Shown here one piece after another: positions 6,532 to 15,403 of a DNA stretch of 27,230 nucleotides. Source of the stretch: Pseudomonadota bacterium (GTDB taxonomy: Bacteria; UBA10199; 2-02-FULL-44-16; JAAZCA01); the NCBI GenBank assembly GCA_043822785.1, contig JBDRBN010000032.1:1-27230 (forward strand), read 5' to 3'. The notes under the pieces are model-generated. The model searched no databases and was not told where the DNA came from. It saw only the letters and a list, made by a program, of their open reading frames with translations. Within the stretch, counting starts at the first letter, position 1; every line of letters starts with the position of its first letter. The position numbers and the translations under genes were made by a program.

Positions 6532-8016
6532 TCAGCTTGTTCTCATTTCTTTAGGAAGCATAAATGTGAATGTCGTTCCCCTGCCAAGCTCGCTTGTCAG
6601 CCAAATCCGTCCATGATGCAGTTCAACAAGTCCCTTGGCAATGGATAGGCCCAGTCCTGTGCCCTTTTGACGCCTATCATCTGGACGACCGAATTGCATG
6701 AACTTATCAAAAACATTGGGCAGGTCTTCGTCTGCTATCCCAATGCCAGAATCAGAGACCGAGCATTCAATTTTATTTTCCATATCAACCAACTTTATCT
6801 CTATATAGCCGGCATCCGTATATTTGATTGCATTCGTTAACAGGTTTGTAATGACTTGGGTGATCATATCTGGATCAATATCTATTCGAACAGGCATATC
6901 GGGCAAGCTCTCTCTAAGATCGAGCTTTCTTTCTTCGATGGCTTGCTTATTGCTCAAGATGATATGCCTTATGATCTCGTTCAAATCTACAGACTGCCAG
7001 TGCATTTCCATTTTGCCCATCTCCATCTTTGATAGATCCAGGAGGTTGTTGACGATCCTCACTAGCCTATCGATATTGGCTTTGGAGATGTCTAAGGCCT
7101 TGCGCTGTTTCTCGTTGATATCGCCGTGAATTCCTTCCAAAACAAGAGATATCCCACCGCGTATGGTAGCCAGAGGTCCACGCAGCTCGTGAGCAACTGC
7201 TGATACAAAATCTGATTTTTTCTGATCAAATACTTTGAGCTTTTCGTTTATTATCTCCAGCTTGTCCTTTGCTTGCCTGAGTTCCTCTTCCATTTTCTTT
7301 CTGGAAAAGAAATCAGGTATCTCAAAGCCAGTCATTTTTTTTGCCAAATGGGGCTCTTCTTCCATGTATCGATGTATATGCGTCTCGATTTTTTCAGGCG
7401 GTGCCATGATGAAGCGGCAGCAGTCGTCGCCCTTGGCCCGGCAGAGTATCTCGCAGGCGACTAGATTAAATCCGAAGCTCTCTTCACACCATCCTGACGA
7501 ATAACCTGCGTTCATTATACAGACAGGAGTGTCGGACTTGTGGTCTTGTTTGAGCCACGCATCCGATTCAAAGGAATAGGGGTGATCATAAATGAGAAAA
7601 TAGTTTTCATCTGGAGAAGGATGCGATTCAGGGAATATGTCGACACGAGCCCAGCCGGTATAGGCAAAGTTTACGGGACCTGCTGAGAGTTTTTCAATCG
7701 GATCCTTAAGCCCCATCTTGGTACAAAAATTCTTTGCGTCTGCTTTGCCTACTGCATGAGCTAAATCGAACAGAAGGTTTTTGGCAAAGCTCTCAGCTTC
7801 GTGCTCACGCCCTTTGCCAAAGATGTCGTTGACTAACTCAAAGAATTCAACTGATAACGCTGCCCCGCGCACCATCACGTACCTTGAATCAAGGATCTCT
7901 ATGGTGCCTTCATGGGGGTTTTCCTTTTTATTGTCGAAATATGCTGAGACGACGTTTTCTGCCTTTTCGAATATGGGTTCCATTTCCTTTGGAACATTTA
8001 CACTCTTTAAAGACAT
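6532..8016 (-). CDS. Soluble sensor histidine kinase with N-terminal XylR_N/V4R domain
   Basis: V4R Cys motifs (PVCIMNAGYSSGW, EILCRAKGDDCCRF), H-box AHELRGPL, N-box NLLTNAIKY, DSGIGI and GTGLGL; no TM segments. Confidence 0.92.
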   Translation of the reverse strand: MSLKSVNVPKEMEPIFEKAENVVSAYFDNKKENPHEGTIEILDSRYVMVRGAALSVEFFELVNDIFGKGREHEAESFAKNLLFDLAHAVGKADAKNFCTKMGLKDPIEKLSAGPVNFAYTGWARVDIFPESHPSPDENYFLIYDHPYSFESDAWLKQDHKSDTPVCIMNAGYSSGWCEESFGFNLVACEILCRAKGDDCCRFIMAPPEKIETHIHRYMEEEPHLAKKMTGFEIPDFFSRKKMEEELRQAKDKLEIINEKLKVFDQKKSDFVSAVAHELRGPLATIRGGISLVLEGIHGDINEKQRKALDISKANIDRLVRIVNNLLDLSKMEMGKMEMHWQSVDLNEIIRHIILSNKQAIEERKLDLRESLPDMPVRIDIDPDMITQVITNLLTNAIKYTDAGYIEIKLVDMENKIECSVSDSGIGIADEDLPNVFDKFMQFGRPDDRRQKGTGLGLSIAKGLVELHHGRIWLTSELGRGTTFTFMLPKEMRTS

Positions 8017-8138
8017 CGCGTGCTCCTATGTCAGATGGCCGATAATAGGCACAAACGATAGCAAATATCTTTATATTTTTCGACTCTTAATCCACTTGAC
8101 TGAGGGGCCTCCTTTCCTGTACAGGTCGCGAAATTTTG

Positions 8139-9233
8139 ATGAAAAAAAACAAACGCCCTAACACAAATAAGAATGTCCGCCAGGCTTGGCTAACCCTTGA
8201 GGATGGCACCGCCTTTGGCGGATTTTCTTTTGGGGCAGCCCCTGGCAATAAAGCAGGCGAGGTGGTCTTTAATACCGGCATGGTGGGCTATCCAGAGGCT
8301 TTTACCGACCCATCGTATCGGAACCAGATCCTGACCCTCACTTACCCGCTTATAGGCAATTACGGTGTTCCTGCTGATTTTGAGCACGAACTCTCCAATC
8401 ATTACGAATCCACTCGTGTGCATCTAGCTGGGCTCGTTGTCTCAGATTATTCTGAATTCCACCATCACTGGACAGCGGTGCGGGGGCTATCAGATCTGCT
8501 CGAGGAGCAAGCCATACCTGGCATTGAGGGCGTGGATACGCGCGCGCTAACAAAGCGGCTTCGCCAGCATGGCACCATGGCTGGGTGCATCACAGATGAT
8601 CCCAAACATGCCAAGTTCATGATACAGCCCAGGCATGTGGTGAAAGAGGTGTCCATTCCAGAGCTTAGGGAATATAAAGGCGGCAAAAAGCGCGTGGCCC
8701 TTGTGGACTGTGGGTGCAAAAATACAATTGTAAGAAGTCTTACTGCTCGTGGTCTTACGGTAATAAGGGTTCCTTGGGATTTTGATGTAACCACACTCGA
8801 TATTCATGGTGTGCTCTTCTCTAACGGGCCAGGCGACCCACAAGCATGCATACCTACGATAGAGACAGCTCGTAAAGTGATCAAAGCGCAAATTCCGGCC
8901 TTTGGCATCTGCCTTGGCAATCAGATCTTGGCTTTGGCTGCAGGGGCAAAAACCTACAAGCTCAAATTCGGCCATCGCGGTCAAAATCAACCATGCAAGT
9001 TGGCTGGAAGTGAGCGCTGCTATATCACTTCTCAAAATCACGGCTATGCAGTGGATGAATCAACGCTTCCCGATGGGTGGGAGGTATGGTTCACGAACTT
9101 AAACGACGGCACAAACGAAGGCATAAGGCATGCTACGAAACCAGTGTTGAGCGTACAGTTTCATCCGGAAGCCATGCCAGGTCCTGTGGATACGGGATTT
9201 TTGTTCGATGAATTTGTGGATCTGATGAAATGA
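8139..9233 (+). CDS. carA: Carbamoyl-phosphate synthase small subunit
   Basis: GEVVFNTGMVGYPE, SNGPGDP, catalytic GICLGNQ, SQNHG and QFHPE motifs. Confidence 0.97.
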   Translation: MKKNKRPNTNKNVRQAWLTLEDGTAFGGFSFGAAPGNKAGEVVFNTGMVGYPEAFTDPSYRNQILTLTYPLIGNYGVPADFEHELSNHYESTRVHLAGLVVSDYSEFHHHWTAVRGLSDLLEEQAIPGIEGVDTRALTKRLRQHGTMAGCITDDPKHAKFMIQPRHVVKEVSIPELREYKGGKKRVALVDCGCKNTIVRSLTARGLTVIRVPWDFDVTTLDIHGVLFSNGPGDPQACIPTIETARKVIKAQIPAFGICLGNQILALAAGAKTYKLKFGHRGQNQPCKLAGSERCYITSQNHGYAVDESTLPDGWEVWFTNLNDGTNEGIRHATKPVLSVQFHPEAMPGPVDTGFLFDEFVDLMK

Positions 9234-12200
9234 GTGAAAAACCAAAAAAGGTTCTCATACTCGGTTCTGGGGCGCTCAAGATCGGCGAAGCAGGCGAGTT
9301 TGACTATTCTGGCGGCCAGGCCATAAAGGCGCTAAAACAAGAGGGCGTCGAGACCATTTTGGTCAATCCAAACATCGCCACGATCCAAACCTCAGAGGGC
9401 TTTGCCCACCGAGTATATTTTCTTCCGGTCACGCCCGATTTTGTGACACAGGTTATTGATAAGGAGAGGCCGGATGGAATCCTGCTTTCTTTTGGCGGCC
9501 AGACCGCTCTTAACTGCGGAGTGAAATTAGCGCGCAAAGGCATTTTGGATAAATATGGCGTGCGCGTGTTGGGCACCCCCATATCCACGATAGAAGACAC
9601 CGAAGATCGCGAGCGCTTTATTAAAAAGCTTGCCGAGATAGACGTGGCCGTTCCAAAAAGTTTTGCAGTTACATCAGTGAAAGACGCTAAAAAGGCTGCT
9701 TTAGAGATTGGCTATCCAGTGATGATTCGCATAGCATACGCGCTTGGCGGGTTGGGTTCAGGTCTTTGCGCAACTGAGGAGGATTTAGAACAGCGTGTTT
9801 TGGCAGCGCTTTCGCACACAGATCAGGTGTTGGTGGAGGAATTTCTCAAGGGTTGGAAGGAAGTGGAATACGAAGTGGTGAGGGATGCATCTGATAACTG
9901 CATAACAGTATGCAACATGGAAAATTTCGATCCTTTAGGAATCCATACCGGAGAGAGCATCGTTATTGCGCCGTCGCAAACCCTCACCAATTCAGACTAC
10001 CACAGGCTGCGCGAGATCGCTATCCGCACGGTGCGCCATCTGGGAATCATAGGAGAGTGCAACATACAATATGCGCTCGATCCTAAATCCGATAAGTATC
10101 GTGTAATCGAGGTTAACGCTAGGCTCTCGCGAAGCTCTGCACTGGCTTCTAAGGCTACGGGCTATCCGCTTGCGTTTGTTGCAGCCAAGATCGCTTTGGG
10201 AAAAAGGCTCACCGAGATAGACAACTCTGTTACTGGCGCGACCAAAGCCTGCTTTGAGCCGGCGCTTGATTATGTGGTGGTAAAGATTCCGCGCTGGGAT
10301 CTTAAGAAGTTTAGGCGCGTTTCAAAAAAGCTGGGCTCAGGCATGAAATCTGTTGGAGAGGTCATGGCCATTGGCCGCACCTTTGAAGAGGCCCTGCAAA
10401 AAGGGCTTCGCATGCTCGATATCGGGGCTGACGGTCTGGCAGGCGGCGCGGGCATACAGTTCGAAAGTCTTGAAGATGAAATACGTGAGCCCACTGATGA
10501 GCGCATCTTTGCAATATATCGCGCTATGAAAGATGGGATGACGGTGAACAAGGTGCATGAGCTCTCGCATATCGAGCCATGGTTTCTGGCAAAGATCTCG
10601 AACATCGTCTCTATTGAGAATGAGCTTGCAAGGTTTGGCAAGAGCGAAGTTCCCCCACATCTTTTACGCAGGGCGAAGCGCCTTGGATTTTCTGACGCAC
10701 AGATCGCGCATATTTTAGAAAGTGATGCCAAGGCTGTGAGTGAAACGAGAAAGCGCTTAGGCATTAAGCCTGCGATCAAACAGATCGATACCCTTGCTGC
10801 AGAATACCCAGCCAGAACCAATTATCTTTATTCAACGTACAGCGGTGAAGAGGACGATGTGGATCGCATGGAAGGTAACGCAATCATGGTAATAGGCTCG
10901 GGCGCATACAGGATCGGAAGCTCTGTGGAGTTTGACTGGTGCTGCGTGAGTACGGTGAAGTCTTTGAGGAAGTTAGGGTTTGGCACCATAATGGTAAACT
11001 GCAATCCAGAGACTGTATCCACAGACTTTGACGAGTGCGATAGACTTTATTTTGAAGAACTCACGTTTGAAACTATATTGGATATCTATGAGCGCGAACA
11101 ACCTGCTGGCGTGATATTGGCAGTAGGAGGTCAAGCGCCAAACAACCTTGCGCTCAAACTCGCTCAAGCAGGAGTGAGAATACTCGGCACGCAAGCCACA
11201 TCGATCGATCGTGCAGAAAACAGGCATAAGTTCTCAAGTCTTTTGGATGAGCTTGGTGTAGATCAGCCGCGTTGGCGCGAATTATCAAGTATTGAGGATG
11301 CGCTTAAGTTTGCAAGCCAGGTGGGCTATCCAGTTTTAGTTCGCCCATCTTATGTGCTCTCTGGCGCTGCCATGGCCGTGGCCATGAACGATGACGAGCT
11401 GACAAGGTTTTTGGGTAAAGCTGCAGCGGTTTCTCGCGAATACCCGGTGGTGATCAGCAAGTTTATACTCGGCGCTAAAGAGGTGGAGCTGGATGGCGTG
11501 GCAAAAAAAGGCGATCTCATAGCATACGTCATATCAGAGCACGTGGAAAACGCTGGCGTGCACTCAGGCGATGCCACCATGGTGGTGCCGCCACAGCGCA
11601 CGTACCTTGAGACTATTCGCCAGATAAAGGGCATTGCAGCAAAGGTTGCAAAGGCGCTCTCAATTAACGGTCCGTTCAACATCCAGTTTCTGGCAAAGGA
11701 CAATGAGGTGAGCGTCATAGAATGTAATTTGCGTGCATCCCGCAGCTTTCCGTTTGTATCCAAGGTGTGTGGAGAAAACTTAATCGAGATCGCTACAAAA
11801 GTGATGGTGGATTGGCCAGTGTCTGAGATTAAACTCAAGCCGTTTAACATGGAATACGTTGGTGTTAAGGCCCCGCAGTTTTCGTTCACAAGACTTGGCG
11901 GCGCTGATCCAACCCTTTCTGTGGAGATGGCTTCCACCGGCGAGGTAGGTTGTCTTGGCGATGATTTTGAAGAAGCATTTCTTAAGGCCATGCTATCGGT
12001 GGGCTTTCGTTTTCCTATTAAATCAGTTCTTCTTTCAACAGGTCCTACTGAGAGCAAGGTGGAGTTTTTACGCTCTGCAAAGGATCTAAAGGATATGGGC
12101 ATAAAGATCCTGGCTACAGATGGCACAGCGAGATTCTTAAAGGAACACGGCATTGATGCAGAGATGGTGGCATGGCCTCTTTATGGAGGCAGCAATACTG

Positions 12201-12421
12201 CGGATGCAAGGATACGAGAAGGTAATATTGATCTTGTAATCAACATACCCAAGAACTATCAAAAAGAAGAGCTCACCAACGGCTACCTTATTCGGCGCGC
12301 TGCAGCTGACTTTGGCGTGCCGCTCATCACCAACATAAAACTCGCCCGAAGGCTCGTGGAATCGTTTAAGAGAAAAAAGCCGGAGGACCTGGCGTGTAAG
12401 GCGTGGCAGGAATACGTTTAG
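9230..12421 (+). CDS. carB: Carbamoyl-phosphate synthase large subunit
   Basis: GEFDYSG, two ATP-grasp halves (EVNARLSRSSALASKATG; ECNLRASRS) and a C-terminal MGS domain; ATGA overlap with carA. Confidence 0.98.
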   Translation: MSEKPKKVLILGSGALKIGEAGEFDYSGGQAIKALKQEGVETILVNPNIATIQTSEGFAHRVYFLPVTPDFVTQVIDKERPDGILLSFGGQTALNCGVKLARKGILDKYGVRVLGTPISTIEDTEDRERFIKKLAEIDVAVPKSFAVTSVKDAKKAALEIGYPVMIRIAYALGGLGSGLCATEEDLEQRVLAALSHTDQVLVEEFLKGWKEVEYEVVRDASDNCITVCNMENFDPLGIHTGESIVIAPSQTLTNSDYHRLREIAIRTVRHLGIIGECNIQYALDPKSDKYRVIEVNARLSRSSALASKATGYPLAFVAAKIALGKRLTEIDNSVTGATKACFEPALDYVVVKIPRWDLKKFRRVSKKLGSGMKSVGEVMAIGRTFEEALQKGLRMLDIGADGLAGGAGIQFESLEDEIREPTDERIFAIYRAMKDGMTVNKVHELSHIEPWFLAKISNIVSIENELARFGKSEVPPHLLRRAKRLGFSDAQIAHILESDAKAVSETRKRLGIKPAIKQIDTLAAEYPARTNYLYSTYSGEEDDVDRMEGNAIMVIGSGAYRIGSSVEFDWCCVSTVKSLRKLGFGTIMVNCNPETVSTDFDECDRLYFEELTFETILDIYEREQPAGVILAVGGQAPNNLALKLAQAGVRILGTQATSIDRAENRHKFSSLLDELGVDQPRWRELSSIEDALKFASQVGYPVLVRPSYVLSGAAMAVAMNDDELTRFLGKAAAVSREYPVVISKFILGAKEVELDGVAKKGDLIAYVISEHVENAGVHSGDATMVVPPQRTYLETIRQIKGIAAKVAKALSINGPFNIQFLAKDNEVSVIECNLRASRSFPFVSKVCGENLIEIATKVMVDWPVSEIKLKPFNMEYVGVKAPQFSFTRLGGADPTLSVEMASTGEVGCLGDDFEEAFLKAMLSVGFRFPIKSVLLSTGPTESKVEFLRSAKDLKDMGIKILATDGTARFLKEHGIDAEMVAWPLYGGSNTADARIREGNIDLVINIPKNYQKEELTNGYLIRRAAADFGVPLITNIKLARRLVESFKRKKPEDLACKAWQEYV

Positions 12422-12448
12422 GCGAGAAAAGCGAGACATGCGAGAAAC
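12422..12448. repeat. 9-mer array (GCGAGAMAN)n after carB
   Basis: GCGAGAAAA GCGAGACAT GCGAGAAAC. Confidence 0.75.
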
Positions 12449-12521
12449 GTGTGCGAGGAGCCAGCTACTAAAGGATTGAATGACATAAGCAACAAGATGA
12501 AAATAAATGATAAAATTAAAT

Positions 12522-12559
12522 TATTATTCATTAATGAATAATATATTCATATATGAATA
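12522..12559. promoter_or_regulatory. Tandem palindromic operator candidates upstream of the XRE gene
   Basis: Perfect palindromes TATTATTCATTAATGAATAATA (12522-12543) and TATTCATATATGAATA (12544-12559) share TATTCAT-N2-ATGAATA. Confidence 0.65.
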
Positions 12560-12628
12560 AAATTATCCAAATAAGCTTTATATTCAACATGATACATTTA
12601 TCTGTATACATTAATTAAGTATTATGTC

Positions 12629-13336
12629 ATGCTGTTTAATATGGAACCAATTGAGATAAGAGAGTTTAGAGGTCGTATTGGTAGGGCCATTCGCAAGCTT
12701 CGCGAGGAGGAAGGGATCAGTGCAAGTTTTTTGGCCAAAGTGCTGGGTGTGACGCAACCAACAATTTCACGCATTGAGCACGGTACAACATCAATCTCTG
12801 CTGAGAAGCTTTGTTTCTTGGCAAAGAGTTTCAACAAGCCTCTCTCATACTTTGTGGGAGAGCAGAGCCCAATCTTGCATGATGAAGAAGATATTTTAAG
12901 AGCAGGCGCGGTTTTTTATGGAGCCAGGCATCTTAAAAGCAAGATCGGAATTCCTGGTCGAGTTAAAAGTTATGCTGAGTATCTTGAGGGTGCATTAAAA
13001 GAGGTGAGTGACCCCAGGTTTGCTGCTGCGCTTGCAACTACGCTTTATAATCAAGCTGCCCAAGATAATGCAGGGGCAACTCAGATCCTATCAAGAGTTC
13101 AAAACGAGTGGCTCCTTGCAAATCTAGAGGTGCTTATTCGAACAACTCTTGATGCTATTCCTTTAATTAAACGGCCATCTCGTGAAAAGAAACGCGCTGA
13201 GAAGAACATCCAGAAGCTCCTGGATGAATTCCAAGGCAGATATAAAGATAAAATTTCTGCAAGTGCTTCTTTTGCAAAGGTGGATCCATCGTATGCAGCA
13301 GAATTTATAAATGCGAGTATTGGCTATGAAGAATGA
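12629..13336 (+). CDS. XRE/Cro-C1 HTH protein with ~160-aa unknown C-terminal domain (putative antitoxin/regulator)
   Basis: IRKLREEEGISASFLAKVLGVTQPTISRIEHG is a typical HTH_3 pattern. The start may be the second Met. Confidence 0.85.
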   Translation: MLFNMEPIEIREFRGRIGRAIRKLREEEGISASFLAKVLGVTQPTISRIEHGTTSISAEKLCFLAKSFNKPLSYFVGEQSPILHDEEDILRAGAVFYGARHLKSKIGIPGRVKSYAEYLEGALKEVSDPRFAAALATTLYNQAAQDNAGATQILSRVQNEWLLANLEVLIRTTLDAIPLIKRPSREKKRAEKNIQKLLDEFQGRYKDKISASASFAKVDPSYAAEFINASIGYEE

Positions 13337-13973
13337 ATATATTAGTCTTATAGAAGATATCGACGAGGCCGTCGCTAAGCAGTTCGGTATAATTAAACTG
13401 CATTTCAAGATCATTGGCTATGCTGCACTAGCTCTTGCTGGTCTTCCGGAACGTGGAACAAAAGATATCGATACTCTGAAGCATGAGATTAAAACAGAAG
13501 CGGTTGTGGGTCCTGGAGAGCAAGAGATTATAGATTTTTTAGTTGCGGAATTTGGTAAGAAAAGCCCTGGTGAAGCAAGGCATGACCTCTACCTAGATCT
13601 TGTGGATGAGAACATCGCATGGTTTCCTCCTCATCCTCGATTCATTTCAGAAAAGAACTTTTCATGCATTAAATTATCGAGATTGCATCCCACTGATACT
13701 TGCGTTTCCAAAACCTTCTCAATGTATAAGGAATCGTACGATCGTCCGAACGACAGAAAGGATGTGATAGATGCTTTGAGCACTCGTATTATCGATTTCA
13801 CTGAATATGTTAGACGCGTGGATGAAACATTTTTAATCTATGAAATGGATGCACGGGCACCTCGTGCCTATCCTCGTGTTTATAAATTTATTACAGAAGA
13901 GCTGATTCCTGAGTATGGCTCTAGTGACATTGCGCTGACATACTCTTTACCGAGCTGGATGGAGAATATGTGA
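13326..13973 (+). CDS. Putative nucleotidyltransferase (DUF6036/AbiEii-like, Pol-beta superfamily)
   Basis: IIGYAALAL...RGTKDID resembles the GG.A...R.T.DhD motif, and SK...RPNDRKD lies downstream. It overlaps the XRE stop. The ORF could start at 13311. Confidence 0.7.
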   Translation: MKNEYISLIEDIDEAVAKQFGIIKLHFKIIGYAALALAGLPERGTKDIDTLKHEIKTEAVVGPGEQEIIDFLVAEFGKKSPGEARHDLYLDLVDENIAWFPPHPRFISEKNFSCIKLSRLHPTDTCVSKTFSMYKESYDRPNDRKDVIDALSTRIIDFTEYVRRVDETFLIYEMDARAPRAYPRVYKFITEELIPEYGSSDIALTYSLPSWMENM

Positions 13974-14089
13974 AAAATTTATTTCCTTCGTCCGAAGATC
14001 TTCTTATGTGATGTATATCTTAATGAGATATTTTGTTTCGCGTATAAACCCAATAAAAACGAGATGTTAGGATATGAAATTTTTCACGC

Positions 14090-14114
14090 AACTTTTCTGT
14101 AGTATTTCCGATAA
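14090..14114 (+). promoter_or_regulatory. Possible sigma28(FliA)-like promoter
   Basis: AACTTTT-N11-CCGATAA about 33 nt before the ATG at 14148; a similar motif occurs on the - strand at 24736-24761. Confidence 0.45.
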
Positions 14115-14147
14115 GGAGCTAACGTATTTAAAATATAGGAGGTAGTT

Positions 14148-15341
14148 ATGTCTGCAGTAGGATGTACCACAAGCATTAATCCTTTTCTGACCACAGCTGC
14201 GACTACAGCATCCCTGGCAAGTGTCGCAAACAGTGTAGCAGTAAGCAGCTACATAAGAGATTGGACCAATCCTGGTCAGCTTGATCTTGCATCAACAAGC
14301 CGTTTCTTTAGCCTAAATCATCGTTCATCAGCAAAACATGCCTTGAATTCAAATTTATTTGCCTCGGTACCTGGTGACCATGTGATGGGTCCATTTGCCA
14401 ACAATAGTGGTACTATAACAGAGTACCCAGAAATTGCCATTGCCCTTGGCGCTGTGCTGCTTCTTGGGACTGCTGGTGCGATTCGGCTGGTTTTAAAACG
14501 CCGTGCAACGAAGGCGACTGCGAGTGCACCGACTGTAGAGCAAGCACCAGTTAGTTTGCAAAGTGGTGTTCGGGCACTTGACCCAATTGTGAGAGAGACG
14601 CACCGCTTAGAGGTATTGCGAGAGATAAGGAGGCAGCTGAACGATGTTCTTAATGTAAATGGTTTTAGGCACATGGCAGTTAAAGATCAGGGCAGCACTG
14701 TGCTCAAAATTGCGCAGGGCAAGGATGCTTGCATAAAGGATCTTGAAGTTTCATTGCGTCTGCCGCGCGAATATCAAAATGCTGCACAACCTGATTTCTA
14801 TCTGACCCATCCTGAAGCGTATTTTGTGCTCGAGGGACGCACCGATCGTAATCTGTTTAGCGATGAAGTGAGCCATCCGACACTTACCTTAAATTATAAA
14901 GGCAAAACCGCTGAAGTTAGGCTGGATAAAAGTCCAGATCAAAGTGCTGTCAAAGGTTATGAGGGACTGCTCGGGGCTCTTAACATATTGTCCAGGGCTG
15001 ATATAAATGTGGTGCCATCTTTTGCAAGAAAGGTTTATTTTGCGCTGGGACCTAATGATCAGATCCCGGATCATCCAGATAAAACTCGTCCGTGGCTCGC
15101 TAAGTTAAGCGCGTTGCCTGATCCTGCAATGTCAGAAGTGTCACGCGAATTTTTGATGCGGCTAGTAGGTTTAGATGCCTATCAAGCACTTTCTAATTTG
15201 AATATGATAAGGATACAACAGGATGTGGATGCCATGCATCTGCTGGCAGTAATTGCAAACCAAGCCCGTCAAGAAGGTGGCGAAGAAGCAATCAATGAGG
15301 CATTATCAGCGGCTCTTCCAGAAGTTGTAAGGCTTATATAA
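14148..15341 (+). CDS. Hypothetical protein with one internal TM helix
   Basis: 397-aa ORF, strong AGGAGG RBS (14137-14142), Ser/Thr/Ala-rich N-terminus, and hydrophobic IAIALGAVLLLGTAGAI followed by basic RLVLKRR. Confidence 0.8.
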   Translation: MSAVGCTTSINPFLTTAATTASLASVANSVAVSSYIRDWTNPGQLDLASTSRFFSLNHRSSAKHALNSNLFASVPGDHVMGPFANNSGTITEYPEIAIALGAVLLLGTAGAIRLVLKRRATKATASAPTVEQAPVSLQSGVRALDPIVRETHRLEVLREIRRQLNDVLNVNGFRHMAVKDQGSTVLKIAQGKDACIKDLEVSLRLPREYQNAAQPDFYLTHPEAYFVLEGRTDRNLFSDEVSHPTLTLNYKGKTAEVRLDKSPDQSAVKGYEGLLGALNILSRADINVVPSFARKVYFALGPNDQIPDHPDKTRPWLAKLSALPDPAMSEVSREFLMRLVGLDAYQALSNLNMIRIQQDVDAMHLLAVIANQARQEGGEEAINEALSAALPEVVRLI

Positions 15342-15348
15342 ACCCAAA

Positions 15349-15393
15349 CGGTCACGGAGCAATTTGTAACAGAGCAATATTGCTCCGTGACCG
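15349..15393. terminator. 15-bp inverted repeat between convergent genes (terminator or REP-like)
   Basis: CGGTCACGGAGCAAT (15349-15363) / ATTGCTCCGTGACCG (15379-15393). Confidence 0.65.
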
Positions 15394-15403
15394 AAATTTT
15401 CAA

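Noticed and set aside
8038..8046. GCCGATAA upstream of carA (and at 6128 inside the ArfB-like start) as sigma28 sites
   Set aside because: They lack the upstream AACTTTT element seen at the other two sites, and the 6128 copy is coding.
2335..12439. Numerous antisense or alternate-frame ORFs within gyrA, the kinase and carAB (e.g. 11350-12153, 10270-10821)
   Set aside because: Shadow ORFs of well-conserved genes with no motifs; the same holds for those within cstA, mrcB, pduO and etfB.
12480..12630. 9-bp inverted repeat ATGACATAA/TTATGTCAT bounding the AT-rich leader as a MITE
   Set aside because: Too short in AT-rich DNA, and no flanking duplication was seen.
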